Shown here: positions 30,259-40,402 of the stretch, one piece after another
Layout: every line of letters begins with the position of its first letter
Position numbering within the stretch: the stretch's first letter is position 1
DNA from: Opitutaceae bacterium
Lineage (GTDB): Bacteria > Verrucomicrobiota > Verrucomicrobiia > Opitutales > Coraliomargaritaceae
Assembly: GCA_051252375.1 (NCBI GenBank)
Contig: JBPOFY010000002.1
Coordinates: 96,001 to 160,000 of the forward strand
Direction of reading: 5' to 3'
Length of the DNA: 64,000 nt
Translations under genes and position numbers: made by a program
Notes under the pieces: generated by a model
The model's input: only the letters and a program-made list of their open reading frames with translations
Databases searched by the model: none
Told to the model about the DNA's origin: nothing

Positions 30259-33153
30259 GTGCAGATAACCGACTTCCACGCCAAATACTACGCACATGAA
30301 CTGACGTCGAAGAACGTCGAAGGCGTTGGACGTCTATCTCGGGCGCTCTTCGATGCTCAGGTTGACCTAAACCCTCATCAGATCGAGGCCGCGCTCTTTG
30401 CGCTCAACTCGCCACTATCTAAGGGCGTAATCCTCGCAGACGAGGTCGGGCTAGGGAAAACGATCGAGGCGGGCATTATTCTCTGTCAGCTATGGGCTGA
30501 ACGAAAGCGTCGTATTTTGATCATTGGGCCGGCAGCGATTCGCAAGCAGTGGTCGCTCGAAATGGAGGAGAAATTCAACCTGCCTTGCACCGTATTTGAT
30601 GCAAAGGCCTATAAGGCGCGTCAAAAAGAAGGGAATCCAAGGCCATTTGACACCAAAGAGGTGATCGTCGTGTCCTACCACTTTGCGAACCGATACAAGG
30701 AGGAGATCCGTAGTATCGCTTGGGATATGGTCGTGATCGACGAAGCCCACAAGCTGCGCAACGCCTACCGCCCCAGTAATAAACTCGGGCAAGGCATTCG
30801 CTGGGCTGTGGAAGATCGCAAGAAGATCCTGCTCACCGCGACGCCACTTCAAAACTCCCTGCTAGAGCTTTACGGTCTATCGACGATCATTGACGACATG
30901 ATTTTTGGTGATGTTGGGGCGTTCCGATCTCAATATATCAACAATGGCGGCAACACTGAAGAGCTACGCCAGCGGCTGAGTGGCTTTTGTAAGCGCACAC
31001 TACGCAATCAGGTCACTGAATATGTGAGCTACACCAAGCGTCGCCCAATTACTCGACCATTCAATCCGACCGACAACGAGCAGAAATTCTACGATTCGGT
31101 ATCGGCCTTCCTCCAGCGTGACGAGAGCTATGCGATTCCTAAACAACGGCGTCATTTGGTGATTCTCATTATGCGCAAGCTCTTGGCGTCATCCGTCGAC
31201 GCAATCGCTGGCACGCTGGAAACCATGGTTAAACGCCTGGTCGACTTGCGAGATGGTAAGGTCGCTGAAATGAGCCTGCCTCAACAGCTGATCCAAGACG
31301 AAGACCTTGAAGATGAACTGCTCGACGAAATCATCGACGAAATCGAAGATGAACAGTCAGATGAGGAAGCCGCCCTACCCGCCCTCAACATCAAGCACCT
31401 GTCTGAAGAAATTGAAGAACTCGAAGCACTGGTTACTTGGGCACGCTCAATCGGCACCGAGACGAAGACCAAAGCATTGGTTCAGGCCCTTTCTGCTGGA
31501 TTTAAAAACATGTCAGAGATGGGTGCTGCTCACAAAGCCCTCATCTTTACAGAGTCCCGCAGAACACAAGATGGCTTGAAGACCTATCTTGAGGCCAATG
31601 GCTATGCCGGGAAAGTGATCCTCTTCAACGGCACCAACGCAGGCCCCGAGGCAAAGGCTATCTATGAAAACTGGATCGAGAAGAACCGTGAAACTGGCCG
31701 CGCTTCAGGTTCGCGGGCCGTGGATGCCCGCACCGCGATCATTGAGAACTTCCGCGATAGTGCGTCGATCCTGATTGCCACTGAGGCTGCCGCCGAGGGC
31801 GTAAATATGCAGTTCTGCTCGCAGATCGTAAATTACGACCTACCTTGGAACCCTCAGCGCATTGAGCAACGCATTGGCCGTTGTCATCGTTACGGGCAGA
31901 AGCACGACGTGGTCGTGATCAATTTCATCAATAACCGCAACGAGGCCGACCAACGCGTCCACCAACTCCTGCAGGATAAATTTCTCCTCTTCGATGGTGT
32001 CTTCGGCGCTTCCGACGATGTGTTGGGAACCATCGAGAGTGGCGTCGATTTCGAGAAGCGCATTCTTGCCATTTACCAGGAGTGTCGCACGCCCAAGGAG
32101 ATCGATACCGCCTTTCAAAAACTCCGCAACGAGCTGGATGAGTCCATCCAAAACAGGATGGCGGATACACAGAAAGCCCTGATCGAGCATTTCGACGAAG
32201 ATGTGCATGCCCGTCTCAAGATGGAGCTGGCCGACACCAAAAACCGCCTCGATGCCTTTGGCCGTCGCTTCTGGGGCTTGAGCCGGCATGTCATTGGCCA
32301 GCGAGCCGAGTGGATCGAAGACGACCATTCGTTTGCTCTCAAGCAATCCCCCGCAGACGACATTGCGAAGGGGCATTACTACTTGATCAGTAAGGAGAAG
32401 AAGCCATCAGAGCAGGGCCCAACGGATCAGCATGGTCATTTTCTGTATCGCATCTCACATCCGCTGGGTGAATGGGCCACCGAGGCAGGTAAGGCATTAG
32501 ACACACAGACCAGCGAAGTCGTGTTTGATATTACCAATCACCCGACGAAGTTGGCCTTAGTGGATGCGCTCAAAGGGCAGTGCGGCTATTTACGCCTCAA
32601 CCGTCTTCAGATTGAGAGCTACGAAGAAGAGGAGTATCTACTCTTCTCCGCCTTCGATGATGCAGGCAAATCGCTTGATCAGGAAACCTGCGAGAAGCTT
32701 TTTAATTGCGGTGGAATCACCACAGCTTGGGATGTCAGTCTTCCCAGTCCAATTATAGACCGCCTAGACCAAGAATCGAAGCGCCACAACGACGCGACGA
32801 TCAACCGATCACTGGATTCCAATAGCCAGCATTTCAACCAAGCTCGTGAGCGCCTGGAACTATGGGCCGAAGATTCCATCATTGCAGCAGAGCAGGCGAT
32901 TCGAGACACCAAAGAGCAAATCAAAGCCCTGCGGCGTGAAAGCCGTAGTGCGGAGACGCTTACCGCGCAAAAAGAGCTTCAAGAAAAGATTCAATCACTC
33001 GAGAAAAAACAGAAGCGTCAACGGCGAGACATCTTTGACAGAGAAGATGAAATCACCGACAAGCGTGATGCCTTGATCACCGAATTAGAACGCCGCCTTT
33101 CTCAACAAACCGAACACAGCGAACTCTTCACTATTCGCTGGAAAGTTATTTAA
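30259..33153 (+). CDS. SNF2-family helicase associated with type III R-M
   Basis: LNPHQ, LADEVGLGKT, DEAH, TATPLQN, YDLPWNPQRIEQRIGRCHRYGQ, coiled-coil C-terminus. Confidence 0.93.
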   Translation: MQITDFHAKYYAHELTSKNVEGVGRLSRALFDAQVDLNPHQIEAALFALNSPLSKGVILADEVGLGKTIEAGIILCQLWAERKRRILIIGPAAIRKQWSLEMEEKFNLPCTVFDAKAYKARQKEGNPRPFDTKEVIVVSYHFANRYKEEIRSIAWDMVVIDEAHKLRNAYRPSNKLGQGIRWAVEDRKKILLTATPLQNSLLELYGLSTIIDDMIFGDVGAFRSQYINNGGNTEELRQRLSGFCKRTLRNQVTEYVSYTKRRPITRPFNPTDNEQKFYDSVSAFLQRDESYAIPKQRRHLVILIMRKLLASSVDAIAGTLETMVKRLVDLRDGKVAEMSLPQQLIQDEDLEDELLDEIIDEIEDEQSDEEAALPALNIKHLSEEIEELEALVTWARSIGTETKTKALVQALSAGFKNMSEMGAAHKALIFTESRRTQDGLKTYLEANGYAGKVILFNGTNAGPEAKAIYENWIEKNRETGRASGSRAVDARTAIIENFRDSASILIATEAAAEGVNMQFCSQIVNYDLPWNPQRIEQRIGRCHRYGQKHDVVVINFINNRNEADQRVHQLLQDKFLLFDGVFGASDDVLGTIESGVDFEKRILAIYQECRTPKEIDTAFQKLRNELDESIQNRMADTQKALIEHFDEDVHARLKMELADTKNRLDAFGRRFWGLSRHVIGQRAEWIEDDHSFALKQSPADDIAKGHYYLISKEKKPSEQGPTDQHGHFLYRISHPLGEWATEAGKALDTQTSEVVFDITNHPTKLALVDALKGQCGYLRLNRLQIESYEEEEYLLFSAFDDAGKSLDQETCEKLFNCGGITTAWDVSLPSPIIDRLDQESKRHNDATINRSLDSNSQHFNQARERLELWAEDSIIAAEQAIRDTKEQIKALRRESRSAETLTAQKELQEKIQSLEKKQKRQRRDIFDREDEITDKRDALITELERRLSQQTEHSELFTIRWKVI

Positions 33154-33167
33154 ACATCCACTCACAC

Positions 33168-36100
33168 ATGAGCAAATACGACGACCTTGTTAAAAAACTA
33201 CGTGAGATCTTTCAGATCGATAAACCCGATCTGGATTTCGGCATCTACCGCATCATCAACCAGCGGGCCGAACAGATCGACAACTACCTCAAAAACACGC
33301 TCCGTGAAAAGGTGGAGACCGAGATTGGCAAACGCCAGAATGCGGACGCCGACTGCAAGCGCGCCGACCTCATAGCGCAAATCCGCGACGAATTTGGTAA
33401 ACGCGCCTTTGACGATGCGGGCGATCTTACGGATGCCGACGCACTAGCAAGCGAGCTTGGCCAGCAACTGACTGCTTTGGATGCCGGCGCTGCCACCAAT
33501 GCCGAGCACGAGAACGCCGTATTCTCTCACCTGCTGACCTTCTTCCCTCGTTACTACCATAAGGCTGACTTCATCAGCCAACGCCGCTACAAGGGCGATA
33601 CGTATGCGATCCCCTATTCTGGCGAAGAGGTAATGCTCCACTGGGCCAACAAGGATCAATACTATATTAAGAGCGGTGAGAATTTCTCCAACTACACTTT
33701 CAAGCTCGATGATGGGCGCAAGGTGCACTTCCGCTTGGTTTCTGCCGATACTGCCAAGGACAATCGTAAGGATAACGATAAGGATCGCCGTTTCGCCTTA
33801 GTGGAAAACAAGACAGTCGTGCGCACCGATGACGAAGGCGAAGAATACGAAGAAACCATCGTGCCGGTTGAAGAATGTGAAGTCATCGAAGGTGGCGAAA
33901 CGACCACTGAGCTGGTGCTGCGCTTCGAATACATTCCCGTCGATAAAAAGACCAAGCAAGAAGCCCTGATCACAACTGCGCTCAAACGTATCTTTGACGA
34001 TGCGACTGTCAAAGCACGTTGGCTCGACCTGAGTGCCCGCAAACCGACGGAGAAGAATCCGCAGCGCACCGTCCTCGAAAAGAATCTAACCGACTATACC
34101 TCAAAGAATTCGTCGGACTATTTCATCCATAAAGATTTGAGTGGCTTCCTCAGCAACGAACTTGATTTCTACATCAAAAACGAGGTCATGCATCTCGACG
34201 ATGTGCAGGATGCAGAGAAATTTGCCGACATCGAAAAGAGCTTACGGATGATTCAATGCTTCCGAGCAATTGGTCAGGAACTCATTCGCTTCCTCGCTCA
34301 AATTGAAGACTTTCAAAAGAAGCTTTGGCTGAAAAAGAAGTTCGTCGTCGAGACCAACTACTGCATCACGCTCGATCGTGTGCCGGAAGAATTGTATCCG
34401 GAAATTGTTACCAACGATGCGCAGCGAGAAGAATGGGTGAAGCTCTTTGCGATTGATCAGATTAAAGGAGAGAAACTCGGTGAAGTGGCTTATTCTGAGC
34501 CACTGTCTGTGGGTTTTTTAAAAGCAAATGATAAACTATTAATTGATACAAGGTTCTACGACAATAAGTTCCGTTCAGCTGCTCTATCGACGCTTGATCA
34601 TACAACCAGTGACGGAACCTTAGTGTATTCTGAAAACTTCCAAGGCCTTAGACTACTAAAAGAAACTATACGGAATCAATGTAAGTGCGTTTACATTGAC
34701 CCTCCATATAACACGAATTCCACACCGATACTATACAAGAACGGTTACAAAAGCTCTAGTTGGAATTCATTAATGTTCGACCGACTGCAGCAAGGCGTAT
34801 CTACACTTAGCGACAATGGAGTTATGGCAATTGCTATTGATGATGCAGAGTTAACTAATCTTTCTACAATGTTAAATGACTACTCGGATTATTATAAGCA
34901 ATCTAGAGTCGCGATAACAACGAACCCCAAAGGAAGCATTACTAAAGACTTTAACCGTGTGCATGATTATACTTTGTTCTTGGTCCCTCATTCGAAAAAA
35001 AGAATCGCTAGGATTTTGCAGGAGAACGACAGCCCGAGGAAAATGAGGAGATGGGGTGAAAACTCCAAAAGAACCGACAGGAAAGAATCGTTCTACCCTG
35101 TTTATGTTAAAAATGGTAAAGTGGTTAAAATCGGAATAAAGCCAGAGGATGATTTTCATCCAGCTAGTAAAAATACTATCGATGGAGAACTGACGGCCAT
35201 ATGGCCTATTGATAAAAATGGTATAGAACGTAGGTGGAATTTTGGGTTAGATTCGATTGAGTCTAATTTAAACCGAATAACATGTATAGAAGTTGACGGC
35301 GAGTTAGATCTATTCTTAACACACGAAGAAACCGTGCCTAAGACCATATGGAATGGAGGAGACTTTGACGCAGGCAAGCATGGGAATTCACTTCTTATCG
35401 ATCTACTTGGACCACCTAAAAAATTCGATTTCCCTAAATCGCTCAAGACCGTTGAGAGCTGCATAAATATATCATGCAACGGTGAGTCCGATGGCATAAT
35501 ACTAGATTACTTCCCAGGATCCGGAACAACTGGACATGCAGTTGTAAATCTGAACCGTAATGATGGAGGGCATCGAAAATACATTTTAATAGAAATGGGT
35601 GCACACTTCAAAACGGTGCTGCTTCCACGAATGCAAAAGGTCATTTATTCGTCTGATTGGTCTGACGGGGAACCCACGCGTCGTGACACCGGCATCTCCC
35701 ACTGCTTCAAATACATCCGCCTAGAATCCTACGAAGACACGCTGAACAATCTTCATCTCAAGCGAAACGACGCCGAGGAACTTTTTACGGATGAACTGAA
35801 AGACGACTATTTGCTCAACTACATGTTGGACGTCGAAAGCCAAGGCTCGCTGCTTTCCGTCGACGACTTCAAAAAACCGTTTGATTACATGCTAAAGATT
35901 GCGGCCGACTCAGCGGGTGCGTTCACCACGCAGAAAGTGGATCTGGTCGAGACCTTCAACTATCTCATCGGCCTGCGCGTGAAGCACATCGACGCACAGT
36001 TTGAACGTGGCTACGTAGCCGTCGAAGGCACCCTGCCCAGCGAGGAGCGTTGCCTGGTGCTCTGGCGCGACTGTGAGCTAGTTGATTACGACGCGCTGAA

Positions 36101-36290
36101 CAAACTCTGTGAGAAACTACAGATCAACCCGAAGGATAGCGAATACGACGTCGTCTACATCAACGGCGACCACAACATCCCCTCAGTCACGCAGGAAACC
36201 GAGGACGAAGGCGGGATCAGCCGCAGCTTGAAACTGCGCCAAATCGAGCCTGAATTCCTGAAGCAAATGTTTGAGGTGGAGGACGTTTAG
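33168..36290 (+). CDS. mod: Type III R-M adenine methyltransferase (Mod), long form
   Basis: YIDPPYNT (motif IV) precedes LDYFPGSGTTG (motif I), i.e. beta class; DLDFGIYRI N-terminus; adjacent res. Confidence 0.92.
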   Translation: MSKYDDLVKKLREIFQIDKPDLDFGIYRIINQRAEQIDNYLKNTLREKVETEIGKRQNADADCKRADLIAQIRDEFGKRAFDDAGDLTDADALASELGQQLTALDAGAATNAEHENAVFSHLLTFFPRYYHKADFISQRRYKGDTYAIPYSGEEVMLHWANKDQYYIKSGENFSNYTFKLDDGRKVHFRLVSADTAKDNRKDNDKDRRFALVENKTVVRTDDEGEEYEETIVPVEECEVIEGGETTTELVLRFEYIPVDKKTKQEALITTALKRIFDDATVKARWLDLSARKPTEKNPQRTVLEKNLTDYTSKNSSDYFIHKDLSGFLSNELDFYIKNEVMHLDDVQDAEKFADIEKSLRMIQCFRAIGQELIRFLAQIEDFQKKLWLKKKFVVETNYCITLDRVPEELYPEIVTNDAQREEWVKLFAIDQIKGEKLGEVAYSEPLSVGFLKANDKLLIDTRFYDNKFRSAALSTLDHTTSDGTLVYSENFQGLRLLKETIRNQCKCVYIDPPYNTNSTPILYKNGYKSSSWNSLMFDRLQQGVSTLSDNGVMAIAIDDAELTNLSTMLNDYSDYYKQSRVAITTNPKGSITKDFNRVHDYTLFLVPHSKKRIARILQENDSPRKMRRWGENSKRTDRKESFYPVYVKNGKVVKIGIKPEDDFHPASKNTIDGELTAIWPIDKNGIERRWNFGLDSIESNLNRITCIEVDGELDLFLTHEETVPKTIWNGGDFDAGKHGNSLLIDLLGPPKKFDFPKSLKTVESCINISCNGESDGIILDYFPGSGTTGHAVVNLNRNDGGHRKYILIEMGAHFKTVLLPRMQKVIYSSDWSDGEPTRRDTGISHCFKYIRLESYEDTLNNLHLKRNDAEELFTDELKDDYLLNYMLDVESQGSLLSVDDFKKPFDYMLKIAADSAGAFTTQKVDLVETFNYLIGLRVKHIDAQFERGYVAVEGTLPSEERCLVLWRDCELVDYDALNKLCEKLQINPKDSEYDVVYINGDHNIPSVTQETEDEGGISRSLKLRQIEPEFLKQMFEVEDV

Positions 36291-39200
36291 ATGGCAGTTA
36301 AACGAACACCAAAGAGGAAGCGAAGCTTTCACCAAGACTTGGTTCTCAATCGCTGGTTGCTGGGCTTTTTCAATGGGGACACCATCCAGAAGCTAAAGCT
36401 ACGCCTCGGCGAAGATCGCTATGAAGGTCTACACGAAGATGGCCAGTCGCTATTCTTTCATGAACTGACTGGCAACCTGTTCAATATAGACCGAATCAGC
36501 GAGGATGAGTTGCGCCGTTATGATCTAAGTATTGTTACGTATTGGGACGAGATAACAACCACTCGCAACAAGCGTGAAGGACACGTGCTCCAGATGAAAT
36601 ACTTCCAGTATCTCTCTCTGCTTTTCACTGAGATTTACTTGGATTGGTATTTCAACCGCAAGCAGTTGCTTCTCGATGGGCTCAATGAAGCACTGGAGCA
36701 ATTTCACATCGATGAAGGCCAGATTCTCTTTCAGCCTTTTGTGGCCGATGATCTCAATAAGATCGCATTTTGGAACGCAACGGGAAGTGGCAAGACGCTG
36801 CTGCTGCACGTAAACATCAAGCAATACCTGCACTATTTCCAGGACGGTCGCAATGGTGTCTACCCTGATAAAATAATTCTGCTAACTCCAAATGAGGGCC
36901 TATCCAAACAGCACCTCGAAGAAGCACAACAATCCGGCTTTGGATTTACCAAGCTCTTTGAGAAGGATAAAGAGCCAGACTTCAAGGGCACCATCGAGGT
37001 GATAGACATCAATAAGCTTGGCGACACGATGGGCGACAAAACCGTCGCTGTGGATGCCTTCGAGGGCAACAACCTGGTGCTGGTCGACGAAGGGCACCGT
37101 GGCACAGGCTCGGATGCGGGCGCATGGATGCGGCGGCGCAGCGCACTGATTTCAAATGGTTTTGCCTTCGAGTATTCTGCCACCTTCGGGCAAGCAGTTG
37201 GCAAAGGGCCGACAGTCGAAAAAGCTGAAGACGAAATCCGAAAAAACAAGGCTAAGACGATTCACGGCACAACGAAGCTGAGCGATATCCCGAAAGGCGA
37301 AATCTCAAAGGTCACGCTCACTAATGAAGACCGACAGACAGCTCGTAATAATGCCACGCGTGAAACCTACGCAAAGTGCACGCTCTTCGACTACTCTTAC
37401 AAGTATTTCTACGAAGACGGCTACGGTAAGGAGTTTCTGATTCTCAACCTGAAAGAAGACAAGGAAGACGATGACCAGAAGCTCTACTTCACAGCTTGCT
37501 TACTCAGCTTCTACCAGCAAATCTGGCTATGGGAAACCAAGAAGCTAGCGCTCACAGACTATAACATTGAGAAGCCTCTCTGGGTGTTCGTCGGCAACAA
37601 GGTCAACGACGACGATTCCGACATTTTGACAGTCACGAAGTTCCTTGGCGACTTCCTCAATACTCCGAAGCAAATGGTGCCTTGGATTGCGGATCTAATT
37701 GCTGACAATACACGCATTCTCGACGTAAAGGGTAACAATATTTTCCATCAGCGTTTTCTACCAATGATGGGACGGGAGGCCGACGAAGTTTATCACGACA
37801 TCTTAAAGCGACTCTTTAATGCGGATGCGCCGCAGCGGCTCAAACTCGTGAATATTAAGAGCAGCAAGGGCGAACTGGCACTGCGTGTCGGCGAGTCAGA
37901 GCCTTTTGGACTGATCAATGTCGGTGAAGGTTCGAAATTTCACACATTAGCCGAAAACAATAGCGACGGGCTTTTCGATACCGAATCCGATGAGTTTGGC
38001 GGGGCACTCTTCGGCTCGATCAATCGCAAGGATAGCCCTTTGAACGTGTTGATTGGATCACGTAAGTTCACTGAAGGTTGGAGTAGTTGGCGTGTGTCCA
38101 CCATGGGGCTGCTAAATATGGGTACGGGTGAAGGTTCACAAATCATTCAGCTCTTTGGCCGTGGCGTCCGACTGAAAGGCAGCAACTTCTCACTGAAGCG
38201 GACATCTGTGACAGAGCGCCCCAAGGGCCTACACTTGGATAAATTGGAGACGCTCAACATCTTCGGTGTCCGCGCCAACTACATGGCCAAGTTTAAGGAC
38301 TATCTCAAAGAAGAAGGCATCACGCCGACGGATGAGATCTTAGAGCTCGATTTTCCAACCAAGGCGAACCTGCCCAGCAATAAGCTCAAGACGCTTGGCC
38401 TCAAAGACGGCTACAAGGACAACCAGAAGAATGGTTTTAAACGGAAGCACTTCCCGGACCTCTACGAGGTGCCTGCGGCTTTCATGGATGCAAAGACGAA
38501 GCAGCCAAAGATCAAAATGCCGCATGTAGTCGTGGATCTGTATCCGCGTATCGAAGCATTGAGTAGCACATCCAAAGGGAGTGCGTCTAAGAAGGAGGCT
38601 CGAAGCGAAGCGAAGCTTTCATCTGAAGTGATGGAGCATTTCAATTGGGATCAACTCTTCCTCGCGGTTCAGGACTACAAATTGCAACGCAGTTGGAGCA
38701 ATTTGCGCGTCTCGAAAGAGCGGCTCAAAGCCTTCTGCTTCGCCGGTAATAGCTGGTATACACTGTATGCCCCGGCCAAAGAGATGCAGGTCACGCGCTA
38801 CAGCGATGTCTTTAAGCAGCAGCGCATACTCACACAGCTATTGATCGATTATACGGATCGTTTCTACAAGGCGCTCAAGAATGCCTATGAAGGCCAATTC
38901 TATGAGGTCATCGCAATGGATGAAGATCATAGCTCCATGCTCAAGCTGTATCACTTCGAAATCGAAGACAGCAGCGCAGGACAGGTTTATCATCAACGCC
39001 TAGAAGTGCTCAAGCAACTGATCGCCGATGGCAAACTGGCCGACGCATCCAAGAGCGCTCCGAATCAAATGGTCGCGATCTGCTTTGATCGTCACCTCTA
39101 CTATCCGCTACTGCATGTCGAAGATCCCAAGGGAGTGCCGCTGAAGCTTCGCCCGATGGCCTTTGACGCTGAGAGCGAAGTCCGCTTCGTAAAAGACTTA

Positions 39201-39638
39201 GAAACCTTCTACAAGACGAAGATAGGCGAGGCAGCGCTCAAAGGACGTAGCCTTTACCTTCTTCGAAATGCAGACAGCAAAGGCAGAGGTCTCGGCTTTG
39301 CAACCGCAGGCAATTTCTATCCCGACTTCCTGCTTTGGCTAGTCGATGATGAGACAGGTCAGCAGTGGCTCAACTTTGTTGATCCAAAGGGCATCCGTAA
39401 CATTGACCTCTCGCATCCTAAATTACAGCTCTACCGTGAAGTGAAGAATGTCGAAAAAGAACTCAAAGATCCAAAGTTGACGCTCAACGCATTCATCCTA
39501 TCCGGCACTAGCTTCGAGGACTTGCTCAACGTAAAAGGCAAGGTCAGTAAGAACGAGCTCGAAGACCGCCATGTGCTCTTCATGGACGACGTCGGAAAGC
39601 ACGCTTACCTGAAATCGATGTTTAATCGGATTAAATGA
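36291..39638 (+). CDS. res: Type III R-M restriction subunit (Res)
   Basis: ATGSGKT, DEGH, SATF, QLFGRGVR, C-terminal FYPDF..FVDPKG nuclease motif. Confidence 0.92.
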   Translation: MAVKRTPKRKRSFHQDLVLNRWLLGFFNGDTIQKLKLRLGEDRYEGLHEDGQSLFFHELTGNLFNIDRISEDELRRYDLSIVTYWDEITTTRNKREGHVLQMKYFQYLSLLFTEIYLDWYFNRKQLLLDGLNEALEQFHIDEGQILFQPFVADDLNKIAFWNATGSGKTLLLHVNIKQYLHYFQDGRNGVYPDKIILLTPNEGLSKQHLEEAQQSGFGFTKLFEKDKEPDFKGTIEVIDINKLGDTMGDKTVAVDAFEGNNLVLVDEGHRGTGSDAGAWMRRRSALISNGFAFEYSATFGQAVGKGPTVEKAEDEIRKNKAKTIHGTTKLSDIPKGEISKVTLTNEDRQTARNNATRETYAKCTLFDYSYKYFYEDGYGKEFLILNLKEDKEDDDQKLYFTACLLSFYQQIWLWETKKLALTDYNIEKPLWVFVGNKVNDDDSDILTVTKFLGDFLNTPKQMVPWIADLIADNTRILDVKGNNIFHQRFLPMMGREADEVYHDILKRLFNADAPQRLKLVNIKSSKGELALRVGESEPFGLINVGEGSKFHTLAENNSDGLFDTESDEFGGALFGSINRKDSPLNVLIGSRKFTEGWSSWRVSTMGLLNMGTGEGSQIIQLFGRGVRLKGSNFSLKRTSVTERPKGLHLDKLETLNIFGVRANYMAKFKDYLKEEGITPTDEILELDFPTKANLPSNKLKTLGLKDGYKDNQKNGFKRKHFPDLYEVPAAFMDAKTKQPKIKMPHVVVDLYPRIEALSSTSKGSASKKEARSEAKLSSEVMEHFNWDQLFLAVQDYKLQRSWSNLRVSKERLKAFCFAGNSWYTLYAPAKEMQVTRYSDVFKQQRILTQLLIDYTDRFYKALKNAYEGQFYEVIAMDEDHSSMLKLYHFEIEDSSAGQVYHQRLEVLKQLIADGKLADASKSAPNQMVAICFDRHLYYPLLHVEDPKGVPLKLRPMAFDAESEVRFVKDLETFYKTKIGEAALKGRSLYLLRNADSKGRGLGFATAGNFYPDFLLWLVDDETGQQWLNFVDPKGIRNIDLSHPKLQLYREVKNVEKELKDPKLTLNAFILSGTSFEDLLNVKGKVSKNELEDRHVLFMDDVGKHAYLKSMFNRIK

Positions 39639-40396
39639 AAATGAGCCGCACCGAACTCTACCATCGCTTACGCGCCTTTCCGACCAATGTTCAATGGTCC
39701 TGGTGCGCGATGCATGAACACCAGGAGTTTGCTGTATTCACTATTTGGGAAGATCGTATTATCGATGGAAGAAATTGCCTGACGCCCGAAGATCTTAAAA
39801 AGCGTAAGGGCAACGGCTATAAAGACCAGATGCGCGTTATTGAACAGGCGATGGCGCTTGGTATTCCTGCTTATGGTATGGTCGCTGTAGCAAAGGACCC
39901 GGAGGCAAATCCGCGACGCATCAAAAGTTTTGACGATCAATATTTGATACAGCTGGAGCTAAGCCAGGAGGGAGGGCTCTACTATGCGCGGCATCTCGAT
40001 AAAGTGCATGTGCTCGATGTCATCAATCGCCGCAAAGATTCCGCACTCTCTGATTTGACCGCAAGTCCGCCAGAAGGTGTAACCGCGCCCGATCGAGCCC
40101 TAAGTGTGGGTTTTAGCTTCAAGCGCGACCCCAAGGTCAGAGCGTATGTCATCAAGCGCGCGAAGGGCTGCTGCGAATACTGCGGCAAGCAAGGCTTTGA
40201 GATGGCCAATGGTCAGCACTACATCGAAGCGCACCACATCATTGCTCTAAGCCAGCAAGGCGACGATACACCGCAGAATGTAATCGCCCTTTGTCCCGAG
40301 CATCACCGTGAAGCACATTTCGGCGTTGATACTGAACCCTTGGAACATGCGTTTATCAGTAAGCTCAATGTCATTGAGCAAGTGGCAACCAATTAA
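39635..40396 (+). CDS. HNH endonuclease with uncharacterised N-terminal domain
   Basis: RDPKVR..CEYC..EAHH..NVIALCPEHHREAH; 4-bp overlap with res. Confidence 0.88.
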   Translation: MKMSRTELYHRLRAFPTNVQWSWCAMHEHQEFAVFTIWEDRIIDGRNCLTPEDLKKRKGNGYKDQMRVIEQAMALGIPAYGMVAVAKDPEANPRRIKSFDDQYLIQLELSQEGGLYYARHLDKVHVLDVINRRKDSALSDLTASPPEGVTAPDRALSVGFSFKRDPKVRAYVIKRAKGCCEYCGKQGFEMANGQHYIEAHHIIALSQQGDDTPQNVIALCPEHHREAHFGVDTEPLEHAFISKLNVIEQVATN

Positions 40397-40402
40397 AGCA
40401 CT

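Noticed and set aside
30029..30268. 79-aa ORF before the SNF2 gene
   Set aside because: TTG start, no motifs, likely a promoter region.
30259..39638. DISARM or BREX system
   Set aside because: SNF2 plus methyltransferase is suggestive, but no DrmA/DrmB/PLD or PglZ/BrxC is present, and the third gene is a typical type III Res.
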